From sequence record MT995927.1: a DNA stretch of 64,000 nucleotides; one strand, written 5' to 3'. The translations under genes were made by a program, and so were the position numbers. Shown piece by piece: positions 26,680 through 45,800 of the stretch (position 1 is its first letter; each line of letters starts with the position of its first letter). The notes below the pieces were generated by a model. It made no database searches. It was not told the DNA's origin and worked only from the letters and a program-made list of their open reading frames with translations.

Positions 26680-26896
26680 TTATAATCCACTAGTGGACAC
26701 CGAGACCCTAATGATTAAGGGTCTTATCGTCGGTTGACGGCATAAATCCCCTACCTTCTGGTAGGGGCTAAATCCCTTTTCATTTCACCAAAGAGTTCGT
26801 CTCGGATATTTCGCGTTATGGGTACTAACCCAGCAGTAGGAATAAGAAGTAACGCGTAATCTTCTTACATGCTATCAACCAATAGGTATTATTCAC

Positions 26897-27460
26897 ATGG
26901 ACAAAAAATTGAAGGAATTCCAAGCAGCGACCCCTGGTGTTGATCGTTTCGTTTACTACGAGAAGACTGACACCTGGCTTCCGAAGGATACTCGTCCTCT
27001 GGATTGTCACCGTAATAAAAACGCGATAGCCGCATTCGATAAAGCCAACGAAGAAATCCAAGAACGTTGGTATTATTGGTGCATTGCATGGGAGAAAGCC
27101 TCTGTTCGACCCACCATGGAAACCGAACTCTGGAAGAATCCGTTTATCTCCGTCGAAGAGCGGCTGGAGATTGCAGAAGGTGCTATTGCATTCCGCAACG
27201 AAGTAATCAGAAATCTCCAGGATCGTTTGGTTTCACCTACCATCGCTGAATTCGAACTCAATGATGAAATGGTGGAGGCTATCTTGGATAGCGATTACAC
27301 GGTTAAAGATTTCGACCGAAACTCTGAATCTGAAGATGGAATCGTTGAACTTCGTTACCAGGTATCCAATAACTTCCACACTCGTGAACTTGCACGTGAT
27401 ACTGTTCACCGTATTATCAACGCACTTAAACAACTTACTCCAGTGAAAAGGATGGGATGA
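26897..27460 (+). CDS. Hypothetical protein
   Basis: 187 aa with host-like codon usage. Confidence 0.7.
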   Translation: MDKKLKEFQAATPGVDRFVYYEKTDTWLPKDTRPLDCHRNKNAIAAFDKANEEIQERWYYWCIAWEKASVRPTMETELWKNPFISVEERLEIAEGAIAFRNEVIRNLQDRLVSPTIAEFELNDEMVEAILDSDYTVKDFDRNSESEDGIVELRYQVSNNFHTRELARDTVHRIINALKQLTPVKRMG

Positions 27461-27463
27461 ATA

Positions 27464-27730
27464 ATGGGTCTTGCTTATGCAGGTTATTCAGTAAAAGCCA
27501 CTGTAACTGACAGAGAAGGGGTAGTCCACGTTTATGACGGGTTCGCTTCTCCAGGTGAAGGTGATAAAGTCTATCCTGGTACTCGCGGTGAAGGTGATAA
27601 GCGGCTAGCAGCTCGCCGGGCTCTTGAAGAGTTTATGGATAGTCCTGTCTTCGATGAGCTAACTGCTGACATGTACGATACGTTCGATGTCCGTTTCAAT
27701 TCTCTCGTTCATACCAAAATGCCGGGGTAA
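27464..27730 (+). CDS. Hypothetical protein
   Basis: 88 aa, packed behind the previous gene. Confidence 0.65.
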   Translation: MGLAYAGYSVKATVTDREGVVHVYDGFASPGEGDKVYPGTRGEGDKRLAARRALEEFMDSPVFDELTADMYDTFDVRFNSLVHTKMPG

Positions 27731-27735
27731 CTAAT

Positions 27736-27980
27736 ATGACAATGCAACAAAAGAAAGATGGTGAACTCTATACTCACAAAGAGGATGGTGGGATCTACTA
27801 CTACAATGGACTTGCCCATGGTACTGGCGATTAACGAAGTGAATTACTCCATATCTACACCGACTACTTTACCGACGTGACCTTGTTATTATATCGATGG
27901 GTATTCCCAGTATGGTACTCCATCTGCTTTATCGCTGGAAATATAAAAAGCCTACTAAAAAGAAGGTTAAGACGGTATAA
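27736..27980 (+). pseudogene. Possible degenerate gene
   Basis: MTMQQKKDGELYTHKEDGGIYYYNGLAHGTGD stops at TAA 27832-27834; about 150 bp remain unexplained before the terminator. Confidence 0.35.
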
Positions 27981-28033
27981 AGCCCCTCCCTTCGGGTAGG
28001 GGTTGTCTATTAATTTTTTAACAGGAAATTCTA

Positions 28034-28369
28034 ATGGAAGACTTCAAAGAAATCGAGATTTACAATATGACATTCATCGACCATTCGGAAAATGCTTCTC
28101 GTGTAGTTATTGCACAGATCACTACTCTGGATGATCGCACTGTTTACGGGGTAATGGAGGTCAATGGTTTTGGCGGTCAGGCCACTACTAATCTGCGTCG
28201 GTTCGAACAGAATCGTCAGCACGCTCGTTACTTCTTCACCAAGTCAGTAGCCACTGCTCACGCCGAGGCTTACGTCAAGTACCTGAATGACGACATGGTC
28301 GAACAAGACTACCTCGACATGAATACCGGCTACAACTACGCCGAATTCATGAACATGGTGAATATCTGA
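28034..28369 (+). CDS. Hypothetical protein
   Basis: 111 aa; AGGA SD; strong host-like codon bias. Confidence 0.75.
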   Translation: MEDFKEIEIYNMTFIDHSENASRVVIAQITTLDDRTVYGVMEVNGFGGQATTNLRRFEQNRQHARYFFTKSVATAHAEAYVKYLNDDMVEQDYLDMNTGYNYAEFMNMVNI

Positions 28370-28618
28370 GGTCATCATGGTCAAGATGTGCTCGATGTTC
28401 GAGTTCAGAAATTCGCGACTACACTGTCAGTAGGTATCATCCAAGAGAACTGCGGATTAGCTACTTACCTATCATGGGTATTTTCACTAGCAGTATTATA
28501 ACAACACCGTACGTTCTGAAAAGATTAGCCCTCCTGTTGCACCAGGAGGGCTATATGTCGTCAAGTTTAAGCTTGACATTTTTGCCCAAAATGGGCTTTC
28601 TTGCAGAGGAGACTTCGA

Positions 28619-28885
28619 ATGAAAGTCTTTGAAACAAGTTCCAGACCTGATCCAATTTATGGGTACATGTCTGGTTTAGAAGTAACAGCATTCAATGGTA
28701 AGCCACTAGTCTACGGACGAAATGAGCTAATCAAAGTTGCTGTATATGATAATAAAACTTTCCTAGGTTACATTGGCAATGGTCAGCTTGTAAACAAGAT
28801 TTCCGATGCTAAATGGATTGACGGATCGTCTAACTATCATATTAATTCTAACTCCAGTAATCTTTTGTTCGCTAGAGTTACTTAA
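28619..28885 (+). CDS. Hypothetical protein
   Basis: Start placed at the ATG 28619 after a GAGGAG SD. Confidence 0.6.
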   Translation: MKVFETSSRPDPIYGYMSGLEVTAFNGKPLVYGRNELIKVAVYDNKTFLGYIGNGQLVNKISDAKWIDGSSNYHINSNSSNLLFARVT

Positions 28886-28938
28886 CTTCAAATACCCTCT
28901 TCATTGCGAAGAGGGTAACGTATTATTATTTTTTTTGT

Positions 28939-31092
28939 TTAATACCAACTATTTCTAGAATATCTGTTAATACGCACTCTACGTGTACGCTCTGCACGAG
29001 CTTGGTTTAACATGGCATCAATACCTACACCACTGCTATCATCAATATTAACACGTTTAGACAATTGTTTCAAACGCATTTCTAATTTAGCTGCAATCAT
29101 CGGGTTCTTTTCACCGCGAAGCTGTTCAATTATCTCTTCAAATTCTTTGCGACCTTGCTGTTCTTTCTCTTCATGATATTTTTCAAGTTGACTTGGTTCT
29201 TTATCACGTAATTTTGATTTACCTAAGATGGGAACATTGATACCATAATAAGATAAATTCTTACCTTGTATTAATAACCAATGGGCTAATAATAATGATA
29301 CCACTAAGTCATCATGGTTCCCCTTAGCATGGTCAATTCTACCATTACGGATAGTAAGTGCTAATAACTCCGTGCTAAGTGGTTTATCATAGATGGTCCT
29401 TACCCCATAATGCATTGCTGATGGTAATGCCACCTTAAATAGATTATCACGAGAATACTCGCCAGTACCTGACGTTGCATAGCCAAAATAACGTTTAAAC
29501 CTATCATAGAACGATGGTTGTCTTGCTGATAGCGGAGTTTGAATGTCTCTGAAATCATTTTCTCTTTCTGATGATTCATTGACAATTCTGTTAAAGATAC
29601 GCCGGAATGGATCTACTCCTTTAGTATGTAGAATCAAGATAACATGGTCAATTAACGATATACCTATTGATTTACGTTCTGGTATCCAAAGAATATTAGG
29701 ATATCTTAATAGCATTGTTGCAAAGAAATTACCCATTGATGGCACTGATGATTCATTGTATCTACCAACACACATAACCTCATGTGTTTCTACATCAACT
29801 ACAACTGTGCCGGTGGCGTCATTATCTTCACCAAGAAGTTCAGATGGGTCTGTACCCATAACGAACCTACCCTTCATCATCCGTGAGGCTACTTCTTCTT
29901 TTGGTATATACCAACGAAGTGTGTAACCATCATCCGTGATTTCTGTCCAGCTTGGCTCACGCATATTGTTTTTAAGTTTATCTTTCTCATCTGATGATAA
30001 GGGTGAACCTTCACCACCAACTGTCCAGATATTGAAGAAGTCCCTATCGGCAATTTCACCGAATGAACCTGATTCACGAAGTGTGTTATATAACCACTCA
30101 TCGGTACGTCCTAATTGACGGTGGTTAAATGCACCATAAACTAGAGGTTTCTTTCCAGTAGTGCCTTTTTCTACAACACGATGTAGAGTTTTCTGATCTG
30201 GTAGATCAAAGAATTCCTCTGACCATGGGCAGCCACCTGTTAAGAAGTGATATGCAAATTCACCATCACGGGTAGTGATGTTACCAGCTGTAGTTGTATA
30301 GATGTTACCATAAGGCTGGTTCTCACGGCGAGCTTCATCACGAGCTGCTGAACCTGACGCAAGTGCAACAGGTAGTGAAACACCAATTAAGTTAATATAT
30401 GCAAGTTCGTCAAAGTGCATATTTGGTACTGTAAGACCACGACCTAATTTATCAGCTGCGTTAACATCATTTCGACCAACAGCTGTTAGATACCTATTAC
30501 CTAATCTAATACATGTCATCAATTCGGAGTTATCCGCATCTAATGGATCAGTATAGTGGATATACTCTGGTAACAAATCACGCATTACTTTTAGACGCTC
30601 GATGTTAGCATTGCGTAGTTTGTTATCTTTAGTAATAAGGTTAATCTTAGTGTTCTCACCCCAGATATACATCATGCCTGTATTGAGCACGTCAGTTGAT
30701 ACGGACTTACCTGTCTGACGAGGCTGTAATAAACCAAAATCTACGTGATTGAAATAACACCAGAATAAAGCAATATTACCACGGTTAGCTTGGAATGGAA
30801 TTGGGTTATTACCCGAGTTAGGGGGGATTCTTGCCACTTCCCTAAAAAAATACCAAGGATTATATTTGCATTCCATGTTAATACGGAACTTCATTTCTTC
30901 GCTAAGATTAGGGTCATATGGATCCACCCCAATTAAACCTTGGTCCAATATAGCTAGTATAAATTTGTAATTTTTAATACCCATCTTTTTATAAGTTAAA
31001 GCTAACTTTATAAAAGATTTATTTTTAGTAGTAAGATCAACACTAGCGCTGTAGTATTTATCCCAATCACTATTGAAAAGTATAACGTCCAT
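28939..31092 (-). CDS. terL: Terminase large subunit (phiKZ gp25)
   Basis: Walker A PRQTGKS, Walker B MHFDE, nuclease motifs VMGTDPS and HDDLV. Confidence 0.93.
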   Translation of the reverse strand: MDVILFNSDWDKYYSASVDLTTKNKSFIKLALTYKKMGIKNYKFILAILDQGLIGVDPYDPNLSEEMKFRINMECKYNPWYFFREVARIPPNSGNNPIPFQANRGNIALFWCYFNHVDFGLLQPRQTGKSVSTDVLNTGMMYIWGENTKINLITKDNKLRNANIERLKVMRDLLPEYIHYTDPLDADNSELMTCIRLGNRYLTAVGRNDVNAADKLGRGLTVPNMHFDELAYINLIGVSLPVALASGSAARDEARRENQPYGNIYTTTAGNITTRDGEFAYHFLTGGCPWSEEFFDLPDQKTLHRVVEKGTTGKKPLVYGAFNHRQLGRTDEWLYNTLRESGSFGEIADRDFFNIWTVGGEGSPLSSDEKDKLKNNMREPSWTEITDDGYTLRWYIPKEEVASRMMKGRFVMGTDPSELLGEDNDATGTVVVDVETHEVMCVGRYNESSVPSMGNFFATMLLRYPNILWIPERKSIGISLIDHVILILHTKGVDPFRRIFNRIVNESSERENDFRDIQTPLSARQPSFYDRFKRYFGYATSGTGEYSRDNLFKVALPSAMHYGVRTIYDKPLSTELLALTIRNGRIDHAKGNHDDLVVSLLLAHWLLIQGKNLSYYGINVPILGKSKLRDKEPSQLEKYHEEKEQQGRKEFEEIIEQLRGEKNPMIAAKLEMRLKQLSKRVNIDDSSGVGIDAMLNQARAERTRRVRINRYSRNSWY

Positions 31093-31231
31093 ACACTGCC
31101 CTTTAAGGTACTTATTTTAATGTGCCATAATAAAGCCGTATTGAACGGCAATTGTAAAGTATAGTCTCATATGGATAATGTGTTAAAAGACGTTATAAAG
31201 CCCCCTAGGTGGTTCCTAGGGGGCAGTATAT

Positions 31232-36562
<5,331 letters not shown>

Positions 36563-36639
36563 TACCGCTACTCCTTAAATGGATAGTAAAAAATAACTAG
36601 TATGGTCAACTATGATTAATATCTATGATTGACTGTTAG

Positions 36640-38778
<2,139 letters not shown>

Positions 38779-38809
38779 GTGGGTGGCTTTCAGAATGAGG
38801 AAAAGTTAA

Positions 38810-39690
<881 letters not shown>

Positions 39691-39691
<1 letters not shown>

Positions 39692-39873
39692 TGGCAAAAG
39701 TATATCCGATGGTCCCACCTGGGAAGACTCGCAACCAAGATCAGAACTTTGATATCAATGCATTCTTTTCTCCCGATGTAGTTGCGGCTGGCAATGGTCT
39801 GGTTAGTCAACTTCGGCGAAATGCTCAAACTGAAAAGAATGGGCAGACTGTCGGTACTAACCAAAAAAGCTAA
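39691..39873 (+). CDS. Small protein coupled to the tail tube gene
   Basis: TAATG stop/start overlap; followed by a terminator. Confidence 0.6.
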
Positions 39874-39881
39874 AGCATATC

Positions 39882-39904
39882 GCCTCCCTTCGGGGAGGCT
39901 TTAT
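39882..39904 (+). terminator. Terminator of the sheath-tube operon
   Basis: GCCTCCC-TTCG-GGGAGGC-TTTAT. Confidence 0.85.
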
Positions 39905-39920
39905 GTTGTTAAAAACTATG

Positions 39921-39947
39921 CTAAAAAATAATTAAGATATATATTAC
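39921..39947 (+). promoter_or_regulatory. Early-type promoter (class B)
   Basis: CTAAAAAATAATTAAGATA-TATATTAC. Confidence 0.75.
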
Positions 39948-40000
39948 ATGTTTGCTTATTCAATAAGTAAAACTAGGTTGTAAATTTTAGAGAGGTTAAA

Positions 40001-41197
40001 ATGAAAATTAATGAACTTACAAATACTGATTTATTATTAGAAAACCACACTATTAATAAAATTGATTGTTTACTAGGATTACTTTATAAGCATAACTTCA
40101 ATAAAGAATTTACATCTAAAATTAATTTTGGCATTCTAACACAAATGACATATCAGAAGGATGATGTCAGTTTTGTAGTGAAGCCTAGCTTTGAACAAGG
40201 TTTTATTAATATCACTTTTAGTAATGATACATCATGGAATGTTAATTTTGCACTTATCGACGGTAAGCCTAAATACATTGGTTATACTGATCAAGAAGTG
40301 ACAATTGAAGAGCCGCACAACAGGGAATATTACACTCTAACAAGTGAGAGTATTCGGCAACTAACCATTCAAGTATTAATTAATACATGGTACCAAGTAA
40401 ATAATATTACAAGTGAAGTATACGAATATCAACATTACTGGAAACTGGATAAAAATATTCTTAACGATGATGATATTATTCGATACTATTATCGTTTCAT
40501 TCTAGCTACCTATTGGGGAATGCCAACACCTGATAGACAAGCTACATTTGAAAAGTGGTTAGAAAGCGATATTACAAATGGGGATGGTGATGATACAACT
40601 AGTGCTCATTTAAAATGGCTATTCGAACAGGATCATTCTAACATTACTGAAACAACTAATGTTAGAGATGAAATTAATGCATGTAGCATCCACCACATTT
40701 ATCCGTCTGGCAATATCACGTGTGTTTTAACTGATAATAAGAAACCCACACGCTGGCGTGAATATGTGATGTATGCCTTCTATAAAACTATTGGGTATAC
40801 TTGGGTTAATCCAATTGAACTATACTGGCATAAAGGTACTTCCGTAGAGTACGTTAGTTTAGAAACGGTTAATGCCAATCTTTTACTAGCTGCAAATATT
40901 TTCACTGTATACAGTAGTTGGAATATTACGGAGAATAGCCATACTTCAGATAACCCTGTATCTATTCAGGCTATTAACCTATTTTGTGTTAATAGTGAAA
41001 ATAGCCAATATGCGGTATCCTTTAAGAATAAAAATAATAACTCTTATGAATTATTTGATTCATTATCCTTAAGTGGAAATCAAATAATTTCATACACTGA
41101 AACTGCTATTGAGAAATCTAATTGTTCTGGTCCATTGAAATTTGTAAGTGATCACGTTATCAAGTTTATTTGTAAGGAACTAACAACGTGTCGATGA
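40001..41197 (+). CDS. Hypothetical protein
   Basis: 398 aa; GAGG SD. Confidence 0.7.
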   Translation: MKINELTNTDLLLENHTINKIDCLLGLLYKHNFNKEFTSKINFGILTQMTYQKDDVSFVVKPSFEQGFINITFSNDTSWNVNFALIDGKPKYIGYTDQEVTIEEPHNREYYTLTSESIRQLTIQVLINTWYQVNNITSEVYEYQHYWKLDKNILNDDDIIRYYYRFILATYWGMPTPDRQATFEKWLESDITNGDGDDTTSAHLKWLFEQDHSNITETTNVRDEINACSIHHIYPSGNITCVLTDNKKPTRWREYVMYAFYKTIGYTWVNPIELYWHKGTSVEYVSLETVNANLLLAANIFTVYSSWNITENSHTSDNPVSIQAINLFCVNSENSQYAVSFKNKNNNSYELFDSLSLSGNQIISYTETAIEKSNCSGPLKFVSDHVIKFICKELTTCR

Positions 41198-41550
41198 AGA
41201 ATGAAATTGATAGTTTAACTAAAATTATTAATGATTTATTAAAAGAGCATTTTACTAATCGTAAAGAATTTATTACGAAGATTGGTAATAAACGTATAGT
41301 CGTTCCAGGTGCTCTAGTTTTCTTCAAAAAGTTACGTGGAGAGATTACTGCTAAAGTTTATGCAAAGCGTAAAGTAGATGGTGGTTATCATGAGCCTGCC
41401 ATCAGTACTGTATGTGTTAGCAATACAAATGTATCATGGGGTGGATTCAGTGGTACCCCACGTAAGGAAATTAAAGATAGTCTAACTATCTTTACTTACG
41501 TAGCAATTTACGATGCTCTGAAAAATTTATGTAATGATCAATCTAGCTAA
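41188..41550 (+). CDS. Hypothetical protein
   Basis: 120 aa, overlapping the previous stop. Confidence 0.65.
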   Translation: MSMKNEIDSLTKIINDLLKEHFTNRKEFITKIGNKRIVVPGALVFFKKLRGEITAKVYAKRKVDGGYHEPAISTVCVSNTNVSWGGFSGTPRKEIKDSLTIFTYVAIYDALKNLCNDQSS

Positions 41551-41596
41551 TGTTACTTAACAGCATAAGCCCTCCCATTGCGGGAGGGCATTATGT

Positions 41597-42835
41597 TTAT
41601 TTTGTTTTTGTATAGTAATTCTTAGTCATAGCACGTAGAATTAAATACAACATCAGTCCAGTCCTAGTTGCTGCGATATATGCAGGCACCCTAGAATTAG
41701 TCGCGTCCCTAACTAATTTCTCACCTTCTTCACGCATGAAAATAACTTGAGCATTTTCTGTTTTAGATGCCATTATCTTTGCTCGTATTTTTACAAGCAA
41801 TGTTTGTAGATCGTTATTTCTGGCAACCATTGTGCGTAATGACTGCATATAATCGAAAGCATACAGTAAGCACTCATCCACGAGTTTCTCAAGCTTTTGC
41901 GCCCTAGGTTGGCCGATGTTACGGGAAAGATGTCTAAGCGTCGCCATGAACATTTCTGGTGGCATTGTGGGCATTATCTTTTCAATAATACCAACTAGCT
42001 CAGGTCTAATGAAATTTTGTTCTTGTTGTGCAACTTGATGAATATATGTTAAATACGAGCGATAACCAGTAGACTTATCTCGTAGGATTTGTTCGCCATC
42101 CGAGTTAACTGCCATGTCTGATGAAATGACTAATTTACCGCCTGATTGTAATGTTCTAATGTAAACATCATAATACTTGTTAATTAATTCACGTAAACGC
42201 GTTTGTGTATCTGAAACTACACGACCTGACCAATAATCCAGCTCTTGTGTTTTACCAGTTAAGAAAGGTGCATAAATAGAATCAGGTGCAATGATCCCTT
42301 CAGCCCGTTGCCTAAACAGTTTTTCCCATGACCCAATTGTCTTAATATCAAACCGATAATTAAGGGCGGCGAATGCAGCTTCGGCCACTTCTTTACGTGC
42401 AGGATATTTAAAGCGTGGTACAAGTAAAGATGTTAGATATTTAAAATGCAATACCATGAAACAACTAACCATTGCTTCATGTCTAATATTCAAAGGAACA
42501 TTAGTTGTTTTTAAAAGCCTAGAACAAATATATGCCGGTAGATGGTTAAATACATCTGACATTACTCGATGGTTGGGGTCAATGAATTCAACTGATTTAA
42601 AATCTTGGACTAACAATGCTTCATCGATTCGTAAAACATCGTCATACCAAATCTCACGATCCGTATCGAAAAATTTAACTTGTTGGACACCTAACAACAC
42701 ACCACCAAAGAAAGCAGAGTGGTCAGCATTCCTATTCATAAAACTAATAGTGAAGTCAATAATTCTTTTACACAAATCGCGATCAAATTGTACATCCTTG
42801 AAATTTCTATCAAGGACTTCTTTAATAGTAGCCAT
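41597..42835 (-). CDS. Conserved putative virion protein (gp32 position)
   Basis: 412 aa; GGAGG SD; converges on a hairpin near 41566-41590. Confidence 0.7.
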   Translation of the reverse strand: MATIKEVLDRNFKDVQFDRDLCKRIIDFTISFMNRNADHSAFFGGVLLGVQQVKFFDTDREIWYDDVLRIDEALLVQDFKSVEFIDPNHRVMSDVFNHLPAYICSRLLKTTNVPLNIRHEAMVSCFMVLHFKYLTSLLVPRFKYPARKEVAEAAFAALNYRFDIKTIGSWEKLFRQRAEGIIAPDSIYAPFLTGKTQELDYWSGRVVSDTQTRLRELINKYYDVYIRTLQSGGKLVISSDMAVNSDGEQILRDKSTGYRSYLTYIHQVAQQEQNFIRPELVGIIEKIMPTMPPEMFMATLRHLSRNIGQPRAQKLEKLVDECLLYAFDYMQSLRTMVARNNDLQTLLVKIRAKIMASKTENAQVIFMREEGEKLVRDATNSRVPAYIAATRTGLMLYLILRAMTKNYYTKTK

Positions 42836-42925
42836 GGGTAAACCTCCTGGAGAATCAAATCATAAGTCATAAAAGTACTTATGTTATTTATTCCATGTGA
42901 TTACATAGATTAGAGGTTAATATAA

Positions 42926-43795
42926 ATGGTTTATAAGATGATTAGTTTATTAAATCTAGCTAACTCTGGTTTAATCCAAAAATTAAGTCATTCAGTAGCT
43001 AATGAAAAAGATCTAGAAAATCTCAAAACTAGCGGATGGTTAAAAGATGATCTTAATAAAGATGTATTTTTCATTTATTCTGAAAACTCATCAGATATCC
43101 TAGCTAGCCTTATGATCTATATGGCTTCTGATCCATGGCTTGATGACGACCATAATTCACAGAAATTAAGTATTAGTCAAGTCAGTCGATATATAACCAT
43201 AGCCCTCGCATGTGCAAGCAATGATTATGAAGTTAATGTTATCAGAACTATTTCTAAAATGTTAATGACATTCGTTAATGATTTAACATGTGAAGTTAAT
43301 AATATCCAATTTAATAATAACGGTAGTGAAACACAATTATTAATTAGTCTAGTGAAGAATTCTTATTTATTAGATATTAGTTTAAATATTGGTTCTAGTC
43401 CATTTATAAGTGATACAGCTATTGTTGATAAATATAAGCTATTTGTAACGTCTCAAGGTACGTTTAAGAATGACTTTAACTTCTCTGTTATTAATAATGG
43501 TAAAGTTAATAAAGTTGCGTCTATATTTAAAACCTTATCATCAGTTGAGTATGGTCATGCAAATCCATTTAATAAAAATTCATTACTAGGTATTAAACCA
43601 ATTATAGATGGACATGAATTTATTACAATCGATTTCATTGAAGCACTCATCAAAGAAATTCAGAATAAAGAAACTAAGAAACTAAAGTTAATTAAGATTA
43701 CATGTTTCAATCATTATCAGAAAATAAATAGAGACTTAATTTCGATTGTCTTATGCAGCCCTGATAATGTCTGGAATATAACCATCCACGTATAG
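42926..43795 (+). CDS. Hypothetical protein
   Basis: 289 aa; GAGG SD. Confidence 0.7.
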   Translation: MVYKMISLLNLANSGLIQKLSHSVANEKDLENLKTSGWLKDDLNKDVFFIYSENSSDILASLMIYMASDPWLDDDHNSQKLSISQVSRYITIALACASNDYEVNVIRTISKMLMTFVNDLTCEVNNIQFNNNGSETQLLISLVKNSYLLDISLNIGSSPFISDTAIVDKYKLFVTSQGTFKNDFNFSVINNGKVNKVASIFKTLSSVEYGHANPFNKNSLLGIKPIIDGHEFITIDFIEALIKEIQNKETKKLKLIKITCFNHYQKINRDLISIVLCSPDNVWNITIHV

Positions 43796-43802
43796 GTAAC
43801 AT

Positions 43803-44006
43803 ATGGATTTAAATCCCTATGACATCGACAATCAAGCAATATTCAATTATTTAGAAATGCTACCATCTACTTTTAAGATAACTGAATCTACTTTTGTTGC
43901 TGCTGATTTTGATAGCAATGGCGATGTCATCATACAACTTGGGCAATCATTAATTTATACTGGTTGCTCATTATCTAAATTTAATGCATGTTTTAACACT
44001 ATGTAA
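43803..44006 (+). CDS. Hypothetical protein
   Basis: 67 aa, followed by a terminator. Confidence 0.55.
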   Translation: MDLNPYDIDNQAIFNYLEMLPSTFKITESTFVAADFDSNGDVIIQLGQSLIYTGCSLSKFNACFNTM

Positions 44007-44086
44007 ATATAATGCCCTCTCCATAAGGAGAGGGCTTATGATGTATTTTCTCTTTTATCATCTGTAGTACAATAACTCAAATATAA

Positions 44087-44872
<786 letters not shown>

Positions 44873-44881
44873 GGTACAACC

Positions 44882-45697
44882 ATGGCTAAACAAAAAGCTC
44901 GCGCAGTAAGTGCACCGGTAACATTATCAGAAATTAGTGAAACCCCTAATGAAGTAACTAATGCAGAGGATAGTGTCAATGAACTTGAAACCACTCCTAC
45001 TGAAATTGTTTCTACTGAATCAAGTGCAAATGAAAATACCACAGCCGATTCAGAAAACACAACCGCAACTGACTCGCCAACAGATGAAGAATCAGAAGAC
45101 ACGTCTTCTACTGAAGCAAATGGAGATGGGAAATCAGAAGAGCCAGATCTACAGGAGAATCAGGAAGATCCGAAGGACCCTGTAGAAACGCCTGAGGAGC
45201 CCACTGAAGATGATGATGGTTCAAGTGACCCTGATGGTGGCACATCTGAAGAAAATTCAACAGAAGGCGATCCAGAAGCTCCTGAAGAACCTACTGAACC
45301 TACTGACCCTGAAGAACCCACTGATCCAGTTGATCCAGTGGAACCACCGCCTGAAGAACCTAAAGCATTCCAATTAAACCTAGCTACAGTGAAATCACAG
45401 TTTGGTGATTTACCAATGTACTGGGCTATTGAGTTAATTAAACGTTATTTCAGTGCGCCGCCTGCTATCTATATTCCAGATGTAGCCGATAACCCTGATT
45501 TCAAAATAATGGTTCAACAAGTGAAATTCTTTGGTAATGGCCTACGACCGGTATATAACTCTAAGAACATGATTACTTTCACTACTATGTTAGAAGGTGC
45601 AAGTGAAGCAACAATCTTAGAGGATATGAAGAAACAACAACCGGCATTACTAAGTTTATTACCCTGGTATGATCCAAACGCTGAAATAGATAAATGA
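44882..45697 (+). CDS. Acidic low-complexity protein (gp35 position; reported as an outer capsid decoration protein)
   Basis: About 160-aa E/D/T/P-rich N-terminus with EPT/DP repeats, then a compact C-terminal domain; identity by position. Confidence 0.6.
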   Translation: MAKQKARAVSAPVTLSEISETPNEVTNAEDSVNELETTPTEIVSTESSANENTTADSENTTATDSPTDEESEDTSSTEANGDGKSEEPDLQENQEDPKDPVETPEEPTEDDDGSSDPDGGTSEENSTEGDPEAPEEPTEPTDPEEPTDPVDPVEPPPEEPKAFQLNLATVKSQFGDLPMYWAIELIKRYFSAPPAIYIPDVADNPDFKIMVQQVKFFGNGLRPVYNSKNMITFTTMLEGASEATILEDMKKQQPALLSLLPWYDPNAEIDK

Positions 45698-45733
45698 ACA
45701 TATTGCCTCCCCTAGGGGAGGCTTTATGCTGAG

Positions 45734-45760
45734 TTAAAAAAAGTTTAAGATCTATATTAC
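45734..45760 (+). promoter_or_regulatory. Early-type promoter (class B)
   Basis: TTAAAAAAAGTTTAAGATC-TATATTAC, immediately after a terminator. Confidence 0.8.
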
Positions 45761-45800
45761 CTATTTGCAATAATAAACAATATTCAAATAGGTATCTATA

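Noticed and set aside
28573-28578. TTGACA as a host sigma70 promoter
   Set aside because: No -10 hexamer at 16-18 bp; it is part of a small GTCAAG/CTTGAC inverted repeat
13047-31092. Introns, inteins or homing endonucleases in nrdA or terL
   Set aside because: Both ORFs are continuous, of ordinary length, and show no splicing or HNH/LAGLIDADG motifs
42456-42872. 138-aa plus-strand ORF
   Set aside because: Antisense to the 412-aa gene with no SD or promoter; the same reasoning was applied to other shadow ORFs in the track
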